Of a stretch of 64,000 nucleotides of DNA, positions 9,626-18,750 are shown piece by piece. Both the position numbers and the translations under genes were made by a program. The stretch spans positions 1,408,001 to 1,472,000 of the forward strand of contig OZ251459.1 in the NCBI GenBank assembly GCA_965242525.1, given 5' to 3'. Source of the stretch: an uncultured Candidatus Binatia bacterium (lineage in GTDB: Bacteria; Desulfobacterota; Binatia; UBA9968; JAJDTQ01). Position 1 is the first letter of the stretch. Every line of letters begins with the position of its first letter. A model generated the notes under the pieces. That model saw nothing but the letters and a program-made list of their open reading frames with translations. It searched no databases and was not told where the DNA came from.

Positions 9626-10464
9626 GGGCATGCCTCCTTCCACACCGAAGCGAGCACCCGCCGTCCGAGGACCCTCACCAGGCGCCTCTTGTAGGCCGCG
9701 GACCCCCGCAGGTCCGGGATGGGGTCGATCTCCTCCGCGGCCCGGTCGGCCATCTCCGCCAGCGCCGCCTCGGACGGGTCCGCCCGGCGCACCAGCAGCG
9801 GCCGGGCCGCCGCGGCTCCCACCGAAAGCCGCGCCTCCACCGGACGGTGGCCCGCCAGCCGCACCAGCGCGGTCACCCCCACGCAAGGCCGCTCCTCCGA
9901 CGAGCCGGTGGTGAACTTGAGGTAGTCTCCCACCAGCCGGCCTTCCACCGGCGGCGCGGTGACCGCGGTGACCATCTCGCCGTCCCCCAACGCAGTCTCG
10001 TAGCTGTCCACCAGGAAGTCCACGAGCTTCATGGTCCGCACGCCCCGGGCGCCCGTCAACTCCACCACGGCGTCCAGGGCCGCCAGCACCCCCGGCGGGT
10101 CCGACTGGTGGTCGCCGTGGGCCAGGTTGCCGCCCATGGTGGCTAGGTGGCGGATACGGACGTTGGCCACCTGGTGGCAGGCCTTGGCCAGCACCGGCAT
10201 ATGCTCGCGCACCACCGGCGAGGTCTCCACGTCGTGGATGGTGGCCATGGCCTCGATCCTGACCCCCGCGGCCGGGTCCCAGGTGATGGAGTCCGCGCCC
10301 TCCAGCTTCTTCAGGTTCACCAGGGTCCGGGGCCTCAGGAGACCCTGCTTGACGAGGATGAGCAGCGCGGTGCCGCCGCTCACGGGCCGCACGTCCGCGC
10401 CCGCGCCCAGCATCCGGCACGCTTCGGCAACCGTTCGAGGCTCCAGTAGGTCGAAACTGCGCAT
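9622..10464 (-). CDS. Xanthine dehydrogenase-family FAD-binding medium subunit (CoxM-like)
   Basis: SGGTAL, IRHLATMGGNL and DLRGSAAYKR motifs. Confidence 0.93.
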   Translation of the reverse strand: MRSFDLLEPRTVAEACRMLGAGADVRPVSGGTALLILVKQGLLRPRTLVNLKKLEGADSITWDPAAGVRIEAMATIHDVETSPVVREHMPVLAKACHQVANVRIRHLATMGGNLAHGDHQSDPPGVLAALDAVVELTGARGVRTMKLVDFLVDSYETALGDGEMVTAVTAPPVEGRLVGDYLKFTTGSSEERPCVGVTALVRLAGHRPVEARLSVGAAAARPLLVRRADPSEAALAEMADRAAEEIDPIPDLRGSAAYKRRLVRVLGRRVLASVWKEACP

Positions 10465-10632
10465 GAGGCGTGGAAGAAAAGCAACCGTCCGAACTCGTCA
10501 GGGACGTCCGCCGAGGATGGAGGCGCCCACCGGCGCTACCCTCCGGCCCGCGGTCACCTGTCGTCCCAGCGTGCATAACACCGGGTCAGGGGCATTGCAA
10601 CGCATCCACAGTCACAGGAAGGGTCACTGGGA

Positions 10633-10695
10633 GGCTTTCCCGGGAACGCGGGCGTCCCGCCCGCCTCCGAACACATCCGCGGCCACGGGAAAGCC
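10633..10695. repeat. Inverted repeat GGCTTTCCCG...CGGGAAAGCC enclosing a GC-rich palindrome-like core
   Basis: 10-bp perfect arms at 10633-10642 and 10686-10695, in the intergenic gap at the left edge of the island. Confidence 0.5.
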
Positions 10696-10731
10696 CGAGA
10701 CCCGAAGCGCCGACGGGCAGGACCCCGCGGG

Positions 10732-10986
10732 TCACTTGGAGCGTCGGTCCGCGGGCTCCGGGGGTTGGCCTCCCTGCCGTCGGAGCAACGCGCGGGCCGC
10801 CTCGACGTCGGCCGAGGCCCGGCGAGTGGCGAAGAACTCCGCGGTCTTCAAGGCGGAGACCTTTTCGGCCACCGCAGTGGCCACGAACTGGTTGATGCTC
10901 GTACCCTCTTCCCGGCTGATCTCGGCCACAGCAGCCTTCAATGAAGCGGGCAGACGCAAGGGGTAGGTTCCATTCTGCTTCTTCAT
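10732..10986 (-). CDS. Ribbon-helix-helix (HicB-C/CopG-like) antitoxin
   Basis: MKKQNGTYPLRLPASLKAAVAEISREEGTSINQFVATAVAEKVSAL; ATG overlaps the stop of the PIN gene. Confidence 0.85.
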   Translation of the reverse strand: MKKQNGTYPLRLPASLKAAVAEISREEGTSINQFVATAVAEKVSALKTAEFFATRRASADVEAARALLRRQGGQPPEPADRRSK

Positions 10987-11411
10987 GTCGATATCCTTTC
11001 CAATGCCCGTCGGGGCGTCAGCACCGCGAGATCGAAACGCCCGGACGCAGCGCCGAAGTCCCGTCGGTTGAAAGTCACCAACGCATCGGCACTGCCGTTG
11101 ACTGCGGTCTCGAACACCATCTCGTCCCCGGGGTCTCGAAGCTGTGGACGCCACAGAAAGCGGGGCTCCACCGGCTCGGCAACTGCGCAGAGCGCAGACA
11201 CGACCGTTTCCGCCTCCGCCTCGCTGAGGCCGGAGGCGCGTCGTTGCTGCGGAGCACAGCATACCGCTTCGTATTCCAAAGCCAACGCCACGGACAGCAA
11301 CAGCGTGAAAGTCCCGCTCAAGGCTCCGTCGAGCAGAGTGGCGGAGACTCCCGTCGGGCTACGCAAACCGGCCACGACAACGTTGGTGTCCAGGACGAAG
11401 CGCAGAAACAT
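10983..11411 (-). CDS. PIN-domain toxin (type II TA)
   Basis: VLDTNVVVAGLRS, LEYE, LRDPGDEMVFETA and LVTFNRRDF motifs. Confidence 0.9.
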   Translation of the reverse strand: MFLRFVLDTNVVVAGLRSPTGVSATLLDGALSGTFTLLLSVALALEYEAVCCAPQQRRASGLSEAEAETVVSALCAVAEPVEPRFLWRPQLRDPGDEMVFETAVNGSADALVTFNRRDFGAASGRFDLAVLTPRRALERIST

Positions 11412-11423
11412 GAAGAAATCATA

Positions 11424-14400
11424 TCATATAAGACGACCCTTAGCTACCGCAACCGTCCCTTCGACCACACCCCTTGCTTCCCGCTGTTCCTCTCGGTCCA
11501 GGATGTCCTTCAGCCTCTTGTCACCGGGCGGGGCGGGGGCGAGGAGGTTCGGGGGGTTGAACAGCGGGTTGCCCGGGGACCACAGTTCCACGCTCTCTGC
11601 GTTCTCCTCGTAATAGGCGGGGTCGGTGGTCACCCGGAGTCGTTGGGCCATGCCGGGGGCCAGCAGGCCGTATTCACGGCGGCCCAGGGGCTGCACGTCC
11701 GTGCCCGGGGGCATCAGGTCGGGGGAGGCGATGATCCGGTCCAGGTCGTCCAGGGTCACCGGCGACTGCGGCTGCGGGGGCACGGCCAGGGCGTCTTCCG
11801 TGACCGCGTCCATGTCGAACCCCCCTTCCCCGGCTTCACGGACCTGGCGGTGGATGGCCTCCACCAGGTCGGCCCGGCCCCGCTCGTCCCGGTCCGCGCC
11901 CGACAGCACCGCCTGCGAGATGGTCCGGGGCAGGCGGGCCAGGATCGGCTGCAGGCGGCCTACCACCGATTCGAACAGGCCAATGCGGTTTCGGAGCGCC
12001 CGGTGCACGTCGGTCTCCACCGTGCCTTCGTATTGCAGGTTGACGATGCGGATGGTCGGGTGCGCCTGCCCGAGACGATCGATGCGGCCGATGCGCTGCT
12101 CCACGCGCATGGGGTTCCAGGGCATGTCGTAGTTGACCAGGGCGCCGCAGAACTGGAAGTTCAGCCCCTCGGCCGCGGCGTCGGTGCACAGCAGCAGATC
12201 GACCTCGCCCTCGCGGAAACGCCGTTTGGCGTCGTCGCGGCCGATGCGCCGCCACCCGCCGTCCGCCCCGGGCAGCTCTCCGCCCCGCCCCGAAAAGCAC
12301 AGCAACCGCCAGTCCCCGCGCTCCCGCAGCGCCTCGCGCAGGAACTCCAGGGTGTCCACGTACTGGGTGAACACCATGGCCTGCCGGTAGTCCTGCTGAC
12401 GCAGGCCGGCCAGGACCTCGGTCAGGTGCGCCAGCTTGCCGTCCCGGGGCAGCGCCCGGACGCGTTCGAGCAGGCGTTCGATCTCCGTCCCTTCCTCCGC
12501 GGCCAGGGCCCGGCGCTCCAGGTCCGCCATCTCGTCCGCGTCGAGGATCTCGTCCACCGCCTCGTCGTCCGGCGCGTCCTCTTCGGTCCCGGCCGGCCGC
12601 CCTTCGCCGCCGTTCCGGATGGCGTCGAGGCGCCGTTCCAGCGTGACCCGGAGCGCCCGGAAGCTGCTCGCCAGCCGACGCCGGTAGATGGTCATCACGA
12701 ACCCCACCGCGGACCGCTCGGCCGCGGCGGCCCGGTCGTAGGTGCCGGAGATGTAGTCTTCCACCGCCCGGTAGAGATCCCTTTCCGCGGGGGTCATGGG
12801 GATGAACCGGTCCTCCACCTGCCGCCGGGCGATGGGGGTGGAGAGCAGGCCGGCCTCGAAGTAGCGGCGCAGCAGCTCCCGTGTGTGCCGGGACACCAGG
12901 CGCCGGATCGGGGTGTACGCGCGCATGACGCCCAGGGCCGCTTGGCGCTCCGCAGTCTCCAGTTGCCGGCGCGGGATGGTGGCCGCGCCCCGAAGCGCCC
13001 GGAGCACCTTGTCGGCCTTGAGCCGCGACAGTCCGGTGAGGCGCCGGACGTCCTCCCGGGCCGCCTTGCCGTAGTCGCGCTCCGCGGCCCGGAACAGCCG
13101 CGCCATGCGCTCGAACGCTTCCGGCGACGGGCTCGGGGCGTTGAGGTCGTCGAAGAACTCCAGGAAGGCCTCCGCGCTCCACTCCCGGGGCAGGCCCAGG
13201 AGGTGCAGCAGGTCCCAGACCTCCACCGGATGGACCTGCATGGGCGTGGCGGTGAGCAACAGCAGGCCCGGGGCGCGTTCCCCGAGCCGTTGCATCAGCC
13301 GGAGCAGCGCGTTGGGGCCGCCTTCGTTGGCGGCGCCGGGAGCGCGCCGGCGCGCGTGGTGGGCTTCGTCCAGCACCACCAGATCCCAGGGGCACCCGTC
13401 TTCCAGTAGCGCCTCGGCCCGTTCCCGCCGGCGCAGCAGATGGCTCGAAGCGATCACCGCGGGCTCTTCATGCCAACGCCGGGGCGCCGCCTCGCGCTCG
13501 TGGCCGCCCCGCAACGCCGGCGACGGATACCACGACAGCTTGTGGCCGTCGTAGATGGGCCAGTTCAGGTTGAACTTCTCCCGCAGCTCCGTCTGCCACT
13601 GCCCCAGCACCGCCTTGGGCGCCAGGACCAGTATGCGTTTCGCCTGCCCGGCCAGCCACGCCTGACGGAGCAGCAGCCCCGCCTGGATGGTCTTGCCGAG
13701 CCCCACCTCGTCCGCGATCAACAGCCTCGGAGGCCAGTGGTCGTAGAGGCGATGGAAGGCCCGCATCTGGTGCGGCCAGGGCGTCACCGCTGCGGTGGCC
13801 TCGCCCACTTGCGCGCCGCCGTCCGGCAGGGTGGGCGCGCGCCGGATGAAGCCCCATACCCTGCTTCGCAGGTCCGCGGGAGAGGCCGCGGGCGTCTCCG
13901 CGGACCGCTGAGACGAGGACCCCGGATCGGCCCACGGCGTCTCCCCGGTCTCCGGCGTCCCGGGCGTCTCATCCAGCACTCCCTTCAACCGCGCCGGCAA
14001 AGCGTCGTCCGCGGGCAGGAAACGCAGCAGGTCCCGCCGGGCCGCGTCCGGCACGTCGAGCACCATGAGCCGGGGGCTCCGCCCGGCCCAGATGCGCGCG
14101 AAGTTCTCGTCCTCCGCGGCCACCCGCTCCGGCTGCGGCCCCCAACTGGTGAACACGTTGATGCTCTCCCAGTTGGTGCGCCAGCCGGCCGGGGTCTCGT
14201 TCAGGCTGCCGTTCCAGGCGATGCGCTCGCCGGTGCGGTCTTCGACGACGCCGGCCTTCTCGTGGAATATGCCGTCGTCGCTCACCGGCGTTCCCTTGGC
14301 GTCGCAGGGCACCGCCACCTTCACGTCCAGGCAGCCACGGGCCACCATCCAGGCGAGCAACTCCAGGGCGCCGGAAGCCTCCGGGTCCGGCGGGGCCAGG

Positions 14401-14687
14401 GGAAGGCCGGCCAAGTGCGCCTCCACTTGCCGGCGCAACTCCTCTCCGCGCTCGATGGCCTCGACCTCGGGCCGGGCCAGGGTGCAGCCCACCAGCAGGC
14501 GCATGCGGCCGCGGTTGCGCACCAGCCCTTCGATGCCGCGCGCGGCCAGGGCAAGGGCGCCGGCGTGGAAATAGCCGGTCAGGCGGTCGTAGCGCTCGGC
14601 GTCTTCCAGCGCGGGGACGTAGAAGAGCCGCACCAGGTCGCCGTCGTCAGGCGTGTACTTGAGCTTCCATTCCCGGTCCCGAAGCAT
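11424..14687 (-). CDS. PLD-nuclease-SNF2 helicase fusion (RL-system component)
   Basis: N-terminal HKD motif FHEKAGVVED...GSLNET; SNF2 motifs ADEVGLGKT, LDEAHH, LTATP, TDAAAEGLNFQ, WNPMRVEQRIGRIDRLGQ. Confidence 0.92.
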   Translation of the reverse strand: MLRDREWKLKYTPDDGDLVRLFYVPALEDAERYDRLTGYFHAGALALAARGIEGLVRNRGRMRLLVGCTLARPEVEAIERGEELRRQVEAHLAGLPLAPPDPEASGALELLAWMVARGCLDVKVAVPCDAKGTPVSDDGIFHEKAGVVEDRTGERIAWNGSLNETPAGWRTNWESINVFTSWGPQPERVAAEDENFARIWAGRSPRLMVLDVPDAARRDLLRFLPADDALPARLKGVLDETPGTPETGETPWADPGSSSQRSAETPAASPADLRSRVWGFIRRAPTLPDGGAQVGEATAAVTPWPHQMRAFHRLYDHWPPRLLIADEVGLGKTIQAGLLLRQAWLAGQAKRILVLAPKAVLGQWQTELREKFNLNWPIYDGHKLSWYPSPALRGGHEREAAPRRWHEEPAVIASSHLLRRRERAEALLEDGCPWDLVVLDEAHHARRRAPGAANEGGPNALLRLMQRLGERAPGLLLLTATPMQVHPVEVWDLLHLLGLPREWSAEAFLEFFDDLNAPSPSPEAFERMARLFRAAERDYGKAAREDVRRLTGLSRLKADKVLRALRGAATIPRRQLETAERQAALGVMRAYTPIRRLVSRHTRELLRRYFEAGLLSTPIARRQVEDRFIPMTPAERDLYRAVEDYISGTYDRAAAAERSAVGFVMTIYRRRLASSFRALRVTLERRLDAIRNGGEGRPAGTEEDAPDDEAVDEILDADEMADLERRALAAEEGTEIERLLERVRALPRDGKLAHLTEVLAGLRQQDYRQAMVFTQYVDTLEFLREALRERGDWRLLCFSGRGGELPGADGGWRRIGRDDAKRRFREGEVDLLLCTDAAAEGLNFQFCGALVNYDMPWNPMRVEQRIGRIDRLGQAHPTIRIVNLQYEGTVETDVHRALRNRIGLFESVVGRLQPILARLPRTISQAVLSGADRDERGRADLVEAIHRQVREAGEGGFDMDAVTEDALAVPPQPQSPVTLDDLDRIIASPDLMPPGTDVQPLGRREYGLLAPGMAQRLRVTTDPAYYEENAESVELWSPGNPLFNPPNLLAPAPPGDKRLKDILDREEQREARGVVEGTVAVAKGRLI

Positions 14688-14690
14688 GGT

Positions 14691-17600
14691 TCAGCCGTCC
14701 TGGTCCTGCCACAGCCGCAACTGCTCGGGCTCGTCGATGCGGTCGCCGTAAGCGAGTCGGGATAGGTGGTAGAGGGTCTCGAAGTCGCTGCCCGAGGCCG
14801 CGGCCTCGCCCGGGAGGTCGATCCCGGTGAAGGCCCGTGAAACGGGAAGCACCTCCAACACCGCCTCCAGGGAAGCGAAGAAACGCGGGTCCCGGTCCAC
14901 TTGGGCCGCGGCCAGCATCCCGCGCGCCGCGTCCAGGGACCGGAGCCGGGCCAGGTTGGCGGCGTGGTGGATGGCGTCGATCATGCCGCGGGAGCCGTCC
15001 GCGGGACCCAGGGCGCCCTTGGCGGCCCGCCGGGCGCTGTCCCAGAGGCGGACCATGCTGCCCTTCTTCTCGGCGAGCCGGCCCACGACCTCCCCGTCCA
15101 GATCGACGCCCACCGCGCGGGCGAGCTTGAGCGCTTCGTCGTAGGAGAACGCGGGCGCACGGAAGGCGTGCCAGGACAGGACGAAGAAAGAGGTCGCGGG
15201 GTCGAGGTCGGCGTTGGCCTTGAGACGGGTCAGTCGTTCCAGGAGCCAGCGCTTGACCTCGCGCCGGGCTGCGTCCAGCGCGTCCTCCGGCGTTGCCGCG
15301 TAGGGGTCCCATTCCTCCTCGAACAACACCTGCTGGCGCCGACCCCGGCGCTCCGCGGGAAGCTCCCGCGGCGTGCCCCGCTTGAGGGGCCAGTGGCGCG
15401 AGAACTCCTCCAGCGCCGGCCCGAAGGAGGCCAGGTAGAGATCGACCCCGGTAATGCCCGCGTCCTGGAACTCGCCCACCCGCCGGCGCACCGCCTGCGC
15501 CACACGGGGCTCCACGTCCTCCCAGTACAGGTTCGGCTCGTCCCGCACCAGGAAGCTCTGGGTTCGTTCCACCGCCCGCGGACGGCAAACCAGGAAGATG
15601 GTGCTGTTGGCCGCGGCCTTGTCCTTGATGTGGAGGCTCCCCTCGGCCTCGGTGTTGACGGGCCACGAGGCGGTGATAGTGAAGCCCGACTCGATCAGCC
15701 CCTTGGTGAGCGCGTCCCAGGCCCCGGTGGCCTTGTGGGTGAACATGAGGGTCATGATCCCGTCCGGCTTCAGCACCCGGCGGCACTCCGCGAAAATAGC
15801 CGCCATCCGCTCCCGGTATTCCTGCCCGGCAAGCGCCCGCGCCCCCTTCTCTCCCCGGAACTTGGCCGGGTTGGCCACCGCCTCGTTCTCCTTGTCCGTG
15901 AGCTGCCGGCGGAACAGTTCGGGAAAGACGTGCCCCGCGGTGCGCTTGAGCCACACGTAGAAGAAGTCCGACAACTCCGCGTACATCACGTTGTCGTAGT
16001 AGGGCGGGTCCATGACCACCACGTCGATGGAGGCATCCATGAGATGGTCCAGGCTGTCGCCCGGCTTGCAGGTGATGGTGATCGGGGGTGGGTCGGAGGA
16101 GGGGGATCTGCTGTCGTCGTGGTCGATGAGGGCGGAGGGGCTGGTGTGGTGGCCGTGGCTGATGGGGGCGGAGGGGCTGGTACGGTGGCCGTGGCTGATG
16201 GGGGCGGGATGGCTGGTGCGGGCGGCGTGACTGGTGGAATCATTTTCTCTGGTGGGGTCAGGGCCGTCAATAGGGTTGGCGCGGCTGCTGCGAACGTCGC
16301 GGCCGGTAGAGTCGGGACGGCTGGCGCGGGCGGCGTAGCTAGTGGGGTTGCTGTGTTCGATGTGGTCGGCGTGATCGATGGGATCCGTGTGTTCGGTGCG
16401 CTTGGCGCTGGCTGCGCGGCCGGTGCTGTCGATGCCGTCGGTCTGGCCATTGTGCCCGGTCCGGCCGGTGTGGTTGATCCCGGCGAACAGATCGCCATCG
16501 CGGGCCGGGGCGTCGGGGCGGACGAGGGCGACGAGTTCGGCGATGCACTTGGCGGTCTGCCCGATGGCCCAGTCATAGCCGAGACCGGTGACCAAAGGGG
16601 CCATCTCGGCGTAGGACCACTTGAAGGAGAAGTCATGCCGGTCGAAGGTGTTGACCATGACCTCCCGATTCACGTGCCACCGGGTCATACGGGAGTTGTA
16701 ATCGCGTAGCTTGTCGAAGGACAGCGCGAGATACCCGTAAGCCGCCTTCTGGATCTCGCCCAACCGGCCCGCGGCCCGGTCGGCGTCGAGCATCTCCCGG
16801 AAGACCTCTACGCTCGTGCCGTGGCAGAGAAGCTGGCGAGGCGAGAACAGGTCGCGCCATTTCTTTACACCGTAGATTTTTGATCGGTCGCTATACATGT
16901 CGTCATAGTTTTCACTCGGCACGAAATCGAAGGCTTCCCACTCCGGCAGCCTCTCTTCGAGTCGCACTCGGACCTCGGCGCCGTTGTCGTCCTCGGGCCG
17001 CGGCGCCCGGTAGCCGCGGACCCACTTCTCGCGGATCCGCCCCGTCTTGGTCCTGACTTCGACCAGCTTCTTATAGACGACAGCGTAAAGCTGCTCTCCC
17101 ATCCTCCCGGCTTGCGCCTGTTCCTTGATCACGTCCCCGTCGATGATCCGCCCGCAATCCGGGTAGGGACAGTCGCCCGTCCCGTCCGAGACCGTGCCCG
17201 GCGATTGCTCCGCCACGGAATCCACCATGTCGAACGCGCACGTGCGGCTCTCCGATCCGGGACCGCCGCGGAGATGCGGCACGAGCCTGACCCCCGCGCC
17301 GCCCGGCGCCAGCCGCCAATTGGGAGAGAGCGGAACGAGCCCGTCGCAGTACGGGCAGGTGATGGTGCGCGCCCAGAGATAACCGTCCGGGCGGGTATGG
17401 TCCCCGGGCTCCTCCGGGAACACGCCGGCAAGACGTTCCCGGACCGTGCTCGTCAACCGGTTACCGAGTTCTTCCACGACGCTCTTCAGGGAAACGCCGA
17501 ATCCTGCAGGCCATTCGACCGTTGCGCGTTCGATCAAGGCAGCGACGGGATTCAGGTCGTTCGCCACGGTCTGCAACCCTGCCCGAACGGACTCGAACGG

Positions 17601-18008
17601 CACGCTCCCGCCGCCCGCCGTCGGATCGAGAACGACGGCATTGCTCACCGTGTTCTCGCGTAACCAATCCCTGTGATCATCGTCGGGTATGTAGCCGAAA
17701 GCCCGCGGGTAACCATACGCATCCGCACCCAGGCGTTCCCCCGTGCGGTTGGCCGCGGATATCCTCCTCTTCGCGGCCACAGGGTCGCCGTGAATCCCGA
17801 TCACGTGCAGGAACCGCTCCCGGTCCGCGTCCGCCGGCAGCAGGGACCCCAGCACCGCGGCCCGCGACGCCACCAGCGGACGCCGCGCCCACCAGACGTG
17901 CAGCCGGTTCGGCGCCGGGAACGGCGTCATCGGCGTCCGCTCGCGAATGCTCTCGATGCCAAGCGCCGCAATCGGCAACCACCGCTCGATCAGGCGGACG
18001 TCAGACAC
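14691..18008 (-). CDS. DUF1156 amino-methyltransferase (RL-system component) with in-frame repeat insertion
   Basis: Likely GTG start at 18008 (VSDVRLIERWLP...LHVWWARRPL); motif I DPTAGGGS, Zn-ribbon CPYC/CPYPDC, motif IV DPPYYDN. Confidence 0.9.
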   Translation of the reverse strand: MSDVRLIERWLPIAALGIESIRERTPMTPFPAPNRLHVWWARRPLVASRAAVLGSLLPADADRERFLHVIGIHGDPVAAKRRISAANRTGERLGADAYGYPRAFGYIPDDDHRDWLRENTVSNAVVLDPTAGGGSVPFESVRAGLQTVANDLNPVAALIERATVEWPAGFGVSLKSVVEELGNRLTSTVRERLAGVFPEEPGDHTRPDGYLWARTITCPYCDGLVPLSPNWRLAPGGAGVRLVPHLRGGPGSESRTCAFDMVDSVAEQSPGTVSDGTGDCPYPDCGRIIDGDVIKEQAQAGRMGEQLYAVVYKKLVEVRTKTGRIREKWVRGYRAPRPEDDNGAEVRVRLEERLPEWEAFDFVPSENYDDMYSDRSKIYGVKKWRDLFSPRQLLCHGTSVEVFREMLDADRAAGRLGEIQKAAYGYLALSFDKLRDYNSRMTRWHVNREVMVNTFDRHDFSFKWSYAEMAPLVTGLGYDWAIGQTAKCIAELVALVRPDAPARDGDLFAGINHTGRTGHNGQTDGIDSTGRAASAKRTEHTDPIDHADHIEHSNPTSYAARASRPDSTGRDVRSSRANPIDGPDPTRENDSTSHAARTSHPAPISHGHRTSPSAPISHGHHTSPSALIDHDDSRSPSSDPPPITITCKPGDSLDHLMDASIDVVVMDPPYYDNVMYAELSDFFYVWLKRTAGHVFPELFRRQLTDKENEAVANPAKFRGEKGARALAGQEYRERMAAIFAECRRVLKPDGIMTLMFTHKATGAWDALTKGLIESGFTITASWPVNTEAEGSLHIKDKAAANSTIFLVCRPRAVERTQSFLVRDEPNLYWEDVEPRVAQAVRRRVGEFQDAGITGVDLYLASFGPALEEFSRHWPLKRGTPRELPAERRGRRQQVLFEEEWDPYAATPEDALDAARREVKRWLLERLTRLKANADLDPATSFFVLSWHAFRAPAFSYDEALKLARAVGVDLDGEVVGRLAEKKGSMVRLWDSARRAAKGALGPADGSRGMIDAIHHAANLARLRSLDAARGMLAAAQVDRDPRFFASLEAVLEVLPVSRAFTGIDLPGEAAASGSDFETLYHLSRLAYGDRIDEPEQLRLWQDQDG
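16119..16478 (-). repeat. Degenerate 9-nt tandem array (~40 units) with a 36-nt higher-order repeat, inside the methyltransferase CDS
   Basis: Units such as gtggtcgat, ggggctggt, gtggctgat and gcggccggt; the 36-mer encodes PISHGH(R/H)TSPSA twice. Confidence 0.85.
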
Positions 18009-18012
18009 CGGC

Positions 18013-18750
18013 TCAAATCCATTCGCGGGGTTGTTGCGCCAGGACACCCTCGCCCAATACCCCGAAGTACGAGCGGGTGGCGGTGAAGAACCTGCGTAGA
18101 ACGCCGTCATGGTCCGGCAACAGGTTCCGGCGCGCCCACTGTTCCATCGCCGCGCCATGCGCGAAATCCCGCCAGCCTTCATCGAGCCGGCGTCTGTGTC
18201 TTTGCCGCGCCCTCTGCAATCGTTCGACGTTCAAGCCCAGGATCTCGATGGTTCGGCTTACCCGGCCCACCGCCACGCCGACTTGCCCGCAAGCCCTGTC
18301 GTCCGCCTCCATCCGGCCGTTGACGCGCACACGTATGAGCGACGGAAGCGCGGGAAGCGATCTGGGGTCGATGAAATCCGGATCCGTGTTGCCGCCCTTT
18401 GCCTGGCCGCAACTCCTGCCCGGGAATCGTTCGTCGTCGGCGCGGATCGACGCATCGTCCGACGATCCGCCCCGGCAGCAGGCGATCATGTTGGCGGCAT
18501 CGAAAGTGTGTTCGCGTCCGTATCGGGGATGGTTCCGGGGCACGACGTGTTCGACCTGCCGGTCAGCGCCCCGGATGTCGTTTTCGCAGTAGCCGCATAG
18601 CCCGTGTTGAAGGTTCACCAGGGTTTCGGCGAGCTGCCTGTAACGCTCCCCGCCGTGACGGTATCCCTGCCAGCTCGCATGGCCTTTGGCGCGGTCCAGG
18701 TATTCATCGAGACCGGGGACGGAGCCGGCGAATTCGCGGATGCGCTTCAC
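18013..18750 (-). CDS. ptuB: Septu/retron-type HNH endonuclease PtuB (copy 1)
   Basis: GTG start overlaps the ptuA stop; QHGLCGYCE, VEHVVP, NMIACC and SCGQAKG motifs. Confidence 0.8.
   Translation of the reverse strand: MKRIREFAGSVPGLDEYLDRAKGHASWQGYRHGGERYRQLAETLVNLQHGLCGYCENDIRGADRQVEHVVPRNHPRYGREHTFDAANMIACCRGGSSDDASIRADDERFPGRSCGQAKGGNTDPDFIDPRSLPALPSLIRVRVNGRMEADDRACGQVGVAVGRVSRTIEILGLNVERLQRARQRHRRRLDEGWRDFAHGAAMEQWARRNLLPDHDGVLRRFFTATRSYFGVLGEGVLAQQPREWI

Noticed and set aside
16090-16480. Intein or mobile insertion in the methyltransferase
   Set aside because: No splice-junction residues, endonuclease motifs or terminal repeats; it is a simple tandem expansion.
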